DNA from: an uncultured Duncaniella sp.
GTDB lineage: Bacteria > Bacteroidota > Bacteroidia > Bacteroidales > Muribaculaceae
Assembly (NCBI GenBank): GCA_910584825.1
Contig: CAJUCI010000005.1
Span: forward strand, 53,055-117,054
Length of the DNA stretch: 64,000 bases
Direction: 5' to 3'
Shown here: positions 60,149 to 64,000 of the stretch, one piece after another
How the letters are laid out: each line of letters opens with the position of its first letter
How positions within the stretch are numbered: position 1 is the first letter of the stretch
Program-made: the position numbers and the translations under genes
Notes under the pieces: generated by a model
What the model was told of the DNA's origin: nothing
The model's input: the letters and a program-made list of their open reading frames with translations, nothing else
Database searches by the model: none

Positions 60149-63100
60149 TTAGAAAGAGAGGTTAAGACCTAAAGTATAGGTGCGGGGTGTAGGATAACGG
60201 CCGCGGTCGATATTCTGCATGAGTGAGCTCTGGTTGAACGCACCGATTTCAGGGTCATATCCGCTGTACTTGGTGAATGTGTAGACGTTCTGGACGTTGA
60301 CATAGAGCTTGGCACTCTGGAGGAATGCCTTTCTTGCCCACTTCGACGGGAGGTTGTAGCTCAGCGAGATGTTCTGGATGCGGAGGTATGAACCGTCCTC
60401 AATCCAGCGGTCGCTCATGCGCTGGTTGCCGTTCGAGTCGAGGTTGGAGAAGCGGGGTATGCCGTTGTGGCCTTCGGCGAGCTGGAGGTTTGAGATGTCA
60501 TTGCCACCGTTGGGGTCAATCTTTGTCTCCTGTGCACGACCGAGCACGCTGACTGCCTGGCTGTCCCAGATAGAGCTGAGGCCTTCGGTGCGGAAGCGGG
60601 CCCAGTTGAGGATGTCGCCTCCTACCTGGCCGGTGAGACCGACGTTAAGTTCCCACTCCTTGAATGTGAAGGTGTTGGTGAATCCGAATGTGAAATCGGG
60701 GTTGGGGTCGCCGATTACAACCTGGTCAGCTTCGCTGATGACACCGTCACCGTTCTGGTCGACAAATTTGAGGTCACCAATCCATGCGCCTGACACCTTG
60801 TCAATCTTGTTGGCATAGGGGATGGCACCGCCTGTCTGAGTAGCGTGGCTTACGATGTCGGCCTCATTGCGGAAAAGACCTTCGGTCTCGTAGCCGTAGA
60901 AAACGCCCATAGGCTGTCCGACGGCAAACATAGATACGGTCTGGAATGCGGCATACCAGTCTACGTTACCGTAGATGCGCTGTGAATCCTCATTGAGTGC
61001 GACAATCTTGTTCTTATTGTGCGAGAGGGTGAGTGCCGAGTTCCAGCGGAAGTCCTTGGTGATAACAGGACGGGCGTTAATCTGAAGGTCTACACCGATG
61101 TTGCGGGTCTTGCCGATATTGGCCCAGGGGTTGTTGATTGTGCCCCATTCGCTCGAGCCGATGTGTGAGGGTGTGAACACCTGCATGAGCAGGTCCTGGG
61201 TCTGCTTATGATATGCATCCACAGTGATTTCGAGTCGGTTGTTGAAGGCGGCGAAGTCGATACCTGCGTTCCACTGCTCTGAAGCCTCCCACTTGAGGTC
61301 AGGGTTGGAAAGGTTTTTGGGCAGATATGCTGTGCCTGACGGTGTGAGCATAGTCTGAAGGGCTGAACCGTAAAGATAGGTGTCGATGTTGGAGTTACCT
61401 ACCTTACCGTAACCGAGACGGAGCTTGAGGTTGTCGAGCCATGATACATCCTGGAGGAATTTTTCCTGCTGGGCGCGCCATGCGAGGGCCACCGAGGGGA
61501 ATGTACCCCACTTATTGTTGGCTCCGAATTTGCTCGAACCGTCGCGACGTATGGTCGCTGTGAGGAGGTAGCGGTTGTCGAACGCATAGTTAAGACGGGC
61601 AAATACTGATGCTGAAGAGTTTGAGTCAGCCCATCCTGAGTTGGATTTGAATGTACCGTCCTCGACCATTACATGAATGTCGTTGGACGAGAAGTTGGTC
61701 TTGATGAGAGATGTGCCGTTCCAAGAGCCTTTCGATGCCTCGAAACCGGCCATAACGGTCACGTCGTGCTTGTCAAGGAACTTCTGGTTGTAGGTGATGT
61801 AGTCTTTCTGCATCCAGAAGAAGTTGTGCTCCTCACGCTGCATCATCTGGTTGACGTCATTGGTCACAAGACCGAATGAGTAGGTGGGCACGAATGATTT
61901 GTTCTGGTTCTGCGAAGCGTCAAACGCATATTCGGCACGGAATGTGAAGTGCTTGAGGAAGTCTGCGCTGAGATAGAAGTTACCTGTGATTTTCTGACGG
62001 AGCAGAGTGTTGCTTGTCATGAGGGCGAGAGCCACGGGGTTCCAGGTCGATGCACCGTTGACGGTGTTGGGGCCTGCCCAGTTGCCTTCGAAGTCGCGTA
62101 CGGGCACTGAGGGCATCATGGTCATTGCCTGCATGATTACACCGTCAGAGCCATCCTGACGTGTGATGGTCTCGTCAGTGCGGGTGTAGGCGAGAGCACC
62201 GCCTATCTTGAGCCAGTTGGTGAAGTTGTTGTCGATGTTGAAACGGCTGTTGAAACGGGTGAAGTCAGATCCGATGATTGTACCGTCCTGCTGCATCCAG
62301 CCGCCGCTCATTGCATATACGGTCTTGTCGTTACCGCCGGTCATGCTTATCTGATGATTCTGCATGAAGGCAGTGCGGAAGATTTCGTCCTGCCAGTCGG
62401 TGCCTTTGCCGAGGAGTGAAATGTCGCTGTAGGTTGAGTCGAAGTTGCCCTTGTTGAGCACACCATCGTTGAGGAGCTGCTGCTGATAGGTGGCATACTC
62501 GCGCAGGTCCATCATGTCGAGCTTCTTGGCCACCTGCTGCCATGCAACATAACCGTCATAGGTGATGTTGGAGCGTCCGGCCGAGCCGCGGCGAGTGGTC
62601 ACGAGCACTACACCGTTGGCACCGGCGGCACCATAGATGGCACAGGCCGATGCGTCCTTGAGCACGTCGATGCTGACGATGTCAGAGGGGGCGATGGCTG
62701 CGAGGGGGTTGACTGTGGTCTGGCCGTTGGAGCCGCCCATCCAGTCAAAACCGCCGATGCTGTTGGAGCCGCTCATGGGCACACCGTCAATTACGTAGAG
62801 AGGTTCGTTGGATGAGTTGAGTGAGCTTGCACCACGGATGCGGATTGAGGTCGCGCCGCCGGGGGCACCTGAGTTCTGAGTCACCTGCACACCGGCCACC
62901 TTGCCCTGGAGCATCTGGTCAGCGTTGGTGACAATGGTCTGCTTCATCTGGTCTTCAGAGATTCGTGCTACCGAGCCGGTGATGTCAGATTTGCGCTGTG
63001 TACCGTAGCCGACTACTACTACTTCGTCAAGAAGCTCGGTATCGTCCTGCAGCACGATGGTCACTTCCGAGCGGCCATCGAGGGCTACTTCCTGCGACTT

Positions 63101-63346
63101 CATGCCGACGTAAGATACTAAAAGCGTGGCCTTGGCCGACTTAACTTTGAGTGAGAAGTCGCCGTCGATGCCTGTGGCTGTGCCGTTGGCCGTGTTGCCC
63201 TTCTCTTGCACTGTCGCGCCGATAAGCGGTTCGCCCGTCTTATCCTGCACGATTCCTGTCACTGAGACCTGCGCTGCGGCTCCCAGTGCGAAACATAGCA
63301 GCAGGGCCGTGAGCAGACCTCTAAGGTCGGAAATTTTACTGTTCAT
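60149..63346 (-). CDS. SusC-like TonB-dependent transporter of the mannan PUL
   Basis: LDEVVVVGYG, IRIRG, LKDASACAIYG, NPDLKWE, EDGSYLRIQN, YPTPRTY, C-terminal F. Confidence 0.96.
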   Translation of the reverse strand: MNSKISDLRGLLTALLLCFALGAAAQVSVTGIVQDKTGEPLIGATVQEKGNTANGTATGIDGDFSLKVKSAKATLLVSYVGMKSQEVALDGRSEVTIVLQDDTELLDEVVVVGYGTQRKSDITGSVARISEDQMKQTIVTNADQMLQGKVAGVQVTQNSGAPGGATSIRIRGASSLNSSNEPLYVIDGVPMSGSNSIGGFDWMGGSNGQTTVNPLAAIAPSDIVSIDVLKDASACAIYGAAGANGVVLVTTRRGSAGRSNITYDGYVAWQQVAKKLDMMDLREYATYQQQLLNDGVLNKGNFDSTYSDISLLGKGTDWQDEIFRTAFMQNHQISMTGGNDKTVYAMSGGWMQQDGTIIGSDFTRFNSRFNIDNNFTNWLKIGGALAYTRTDETITRQDGSDGVIMQAMTMMPSVPVRDFEGNWAGPNTVNGASTWNPVALALMTSNTLLRQKITGNFYLSADFLKHFTFRAEYAFDASQNQNKSFVPTYSFGLVTNDVNQMMQREEHNFFWMQKDYITYNQKFLDKHDVTVMAGFEASKGSWNGTSLIKTNFSSNDIHVMVEDGTFKSNSGWADSNSSASVFARLNYAFDNRYLLTATIRRDGSSKFGANNKWGTFPSVALAWRAQQEKFLQDVSWLDNLKLRLGYGKVGNSNIDTYLYGSALQTMLTPSGTAYLPKNLSNPDLKWEASEQWNAGIDFAAFNNRLEITVDAYHKQTQDLLMQVFTPSHIGSSEWGTINNPWANIGKTRNIGVDLQINARPVITKDFRWNSALTLSHNKNKIVALNEDSQRIYGNVDWYAAFQTVSMFAVGQPMGVFYGYETEGLFRNEADIVSHATQTGGAIPYANKIDKVSGAWIGDLKFVDQNGDGVISEADQVVIGDPNPDFTFGFTNTFTFKEWELNVGLTGQVGGDILNWARFRTEGLSSIWDSQAVSVLGRAQETKIDPNGGNDISNLQLAEGHNGIPRFSNLDSNGNQRMSDRWIEDGSYLRIQNISLSYNLPSKWARKAFLQSAKLYVNVQNVYTFTKYSGYDPEIGAFNQSSLMQNIDRGRYPTPRTYTLGLNLSF

Positions 63347-63461
63347 TATAGCAATTTTAAGGTAATGGATAATTGGTTAGCTTGTTCGATTTGAGGTTGA
63401 GTTGTTGTTCTGGTAACGATAAGTGGTTGGTTTTAAGGTTTGTTGTTATATATGATAGTCA

Positions 63462-63469
63462 CAAAAGTA
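63462..63469 (-). promoter_or_regulatory. -7 element (TACTTTTG) upstream of susC
   Basis: Matches TAnnTTTG about 115 nt upstream of the start. Confidence 0.5.
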
Positions 63470-63586
63470 GTGCAAAGATTTTGGATAAAATTGTATTTTT
63501 TTATCCAAAAATAGAATGTAGTTGCCGAAACGGCACATGCACCACGCGGTGCATGCGCGTTTCAGGGGGTTATTGTACTGTGGCGG

Positions 63587-64000
63587 TTATCTCCCGGTGG
63601 CGCGGCGGATTACGGCGATTGTGGTGGAGTCGGAGGCAAATACCGAGTTGAGTCCCTGTGCTTCCTGGGCGGGGTCGCCGGTGTAGTCGTCGCCCGCCTG
63701 CCATGTGGTGTGGGCCGGCTCGGCGAGTCCGCCCCAGCCCCAGAAGTTGAGGCCGGCAATCTTGCCACCCTTGGCCACTTTGTCGAAGACGTGGGCGTAG
63801 TAGGCATCGCGGCCCGTTACGGCCGAGCCTTTGGCTGTGGCCATGCCGTCGCGCGGGTAGCCGAACTCTTCGAGCACGATGGGCTTCATGGTGGCTCCGC
63901 TGTCCACGAGGGCTTTCTGCAGGGCTGTGAAGTGGCGTGACATGTATTCGTCGGTCTTGCGGCATGCTACGCTCACGCTGTCGCTGACTGTCTCGGGGGT
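63587..64000 (-). CDS. GH5 mannanase, C-terminal part (5' end outside the window)
   Basis: KPIVLEEFGYPRD nucleophile motif, AGLNFWGWGG, YTGDPAQEAQGLNSV. Confidence 0.85.
   Translation of the reverse strand, partial: TPETVSDSVSVACRKTDEYMSRHFTALQKALVDSGATMKPIVLEEFGYPRDGMATAKGSAVTGRDAYYAHVFDKVAKGGKIAGLNFWGWGGLAEPAHTTWQAGDDYTGDPAQEAQGLNSVFASDSTTIAVIRRATGR

Noticed and set aside
63570..63965. 131-aa minus-strand ORF
   Set aside because: It is an alternative frame over the GH5 C-terminus, which carries the real motifs.

Overview
Bacteroidales chromosomal window, probably Muribaculaceae-like. This is inferred from GC-rich coding DNA, TAnnTTTG promoters, SusC/D pairs and type IX secretion genes. 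Left to right it contains: (1) a minus-strand cluster lacZ-like GH2 / tatA-tatC-mtnN-luxS-AlbA_2-GH25-porU, where porU runs off the left edge and is missing from the ORF track; (2) a CAZyme-free ECF sigma / FecR / SusC / SusD / lipoprotein / FISUMP / 2x TlpA locus; (3) an orphan GH31 N-terminal-like gene; (4) housekeeping etfB-etfA-acyl-CoA dehydrogenase, purL, CDF transporter, M3 peptidase, EEP protein and two rhomboids; (5) initiator tRNA-Met followed by a GTAG-type REP doublet and an AT-richer multi-module T9SS cargo gene; (6) mazG / PD-(D/E)XK nuclease / M16 peptidase and a second T9SS cargo gene; (7) a beta-(gluco)mannan PUL (GH5 partial, SusC, SusD, two SGBPs, GH26, GH94, GH26, GH130, GPH transporter, 2-epimerase). 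The most notable observations are a ~110-aa CBM-like module recurring in three different proteins (once inside a GH26 catalytic barrel), the redox-linked SusC/D locus, and several families of short-unit palindromic intergenic repeats. I saw no CRISPR array, rRNA, transposase or integrase. All family calls come from motif recognition by eye, not database searches.
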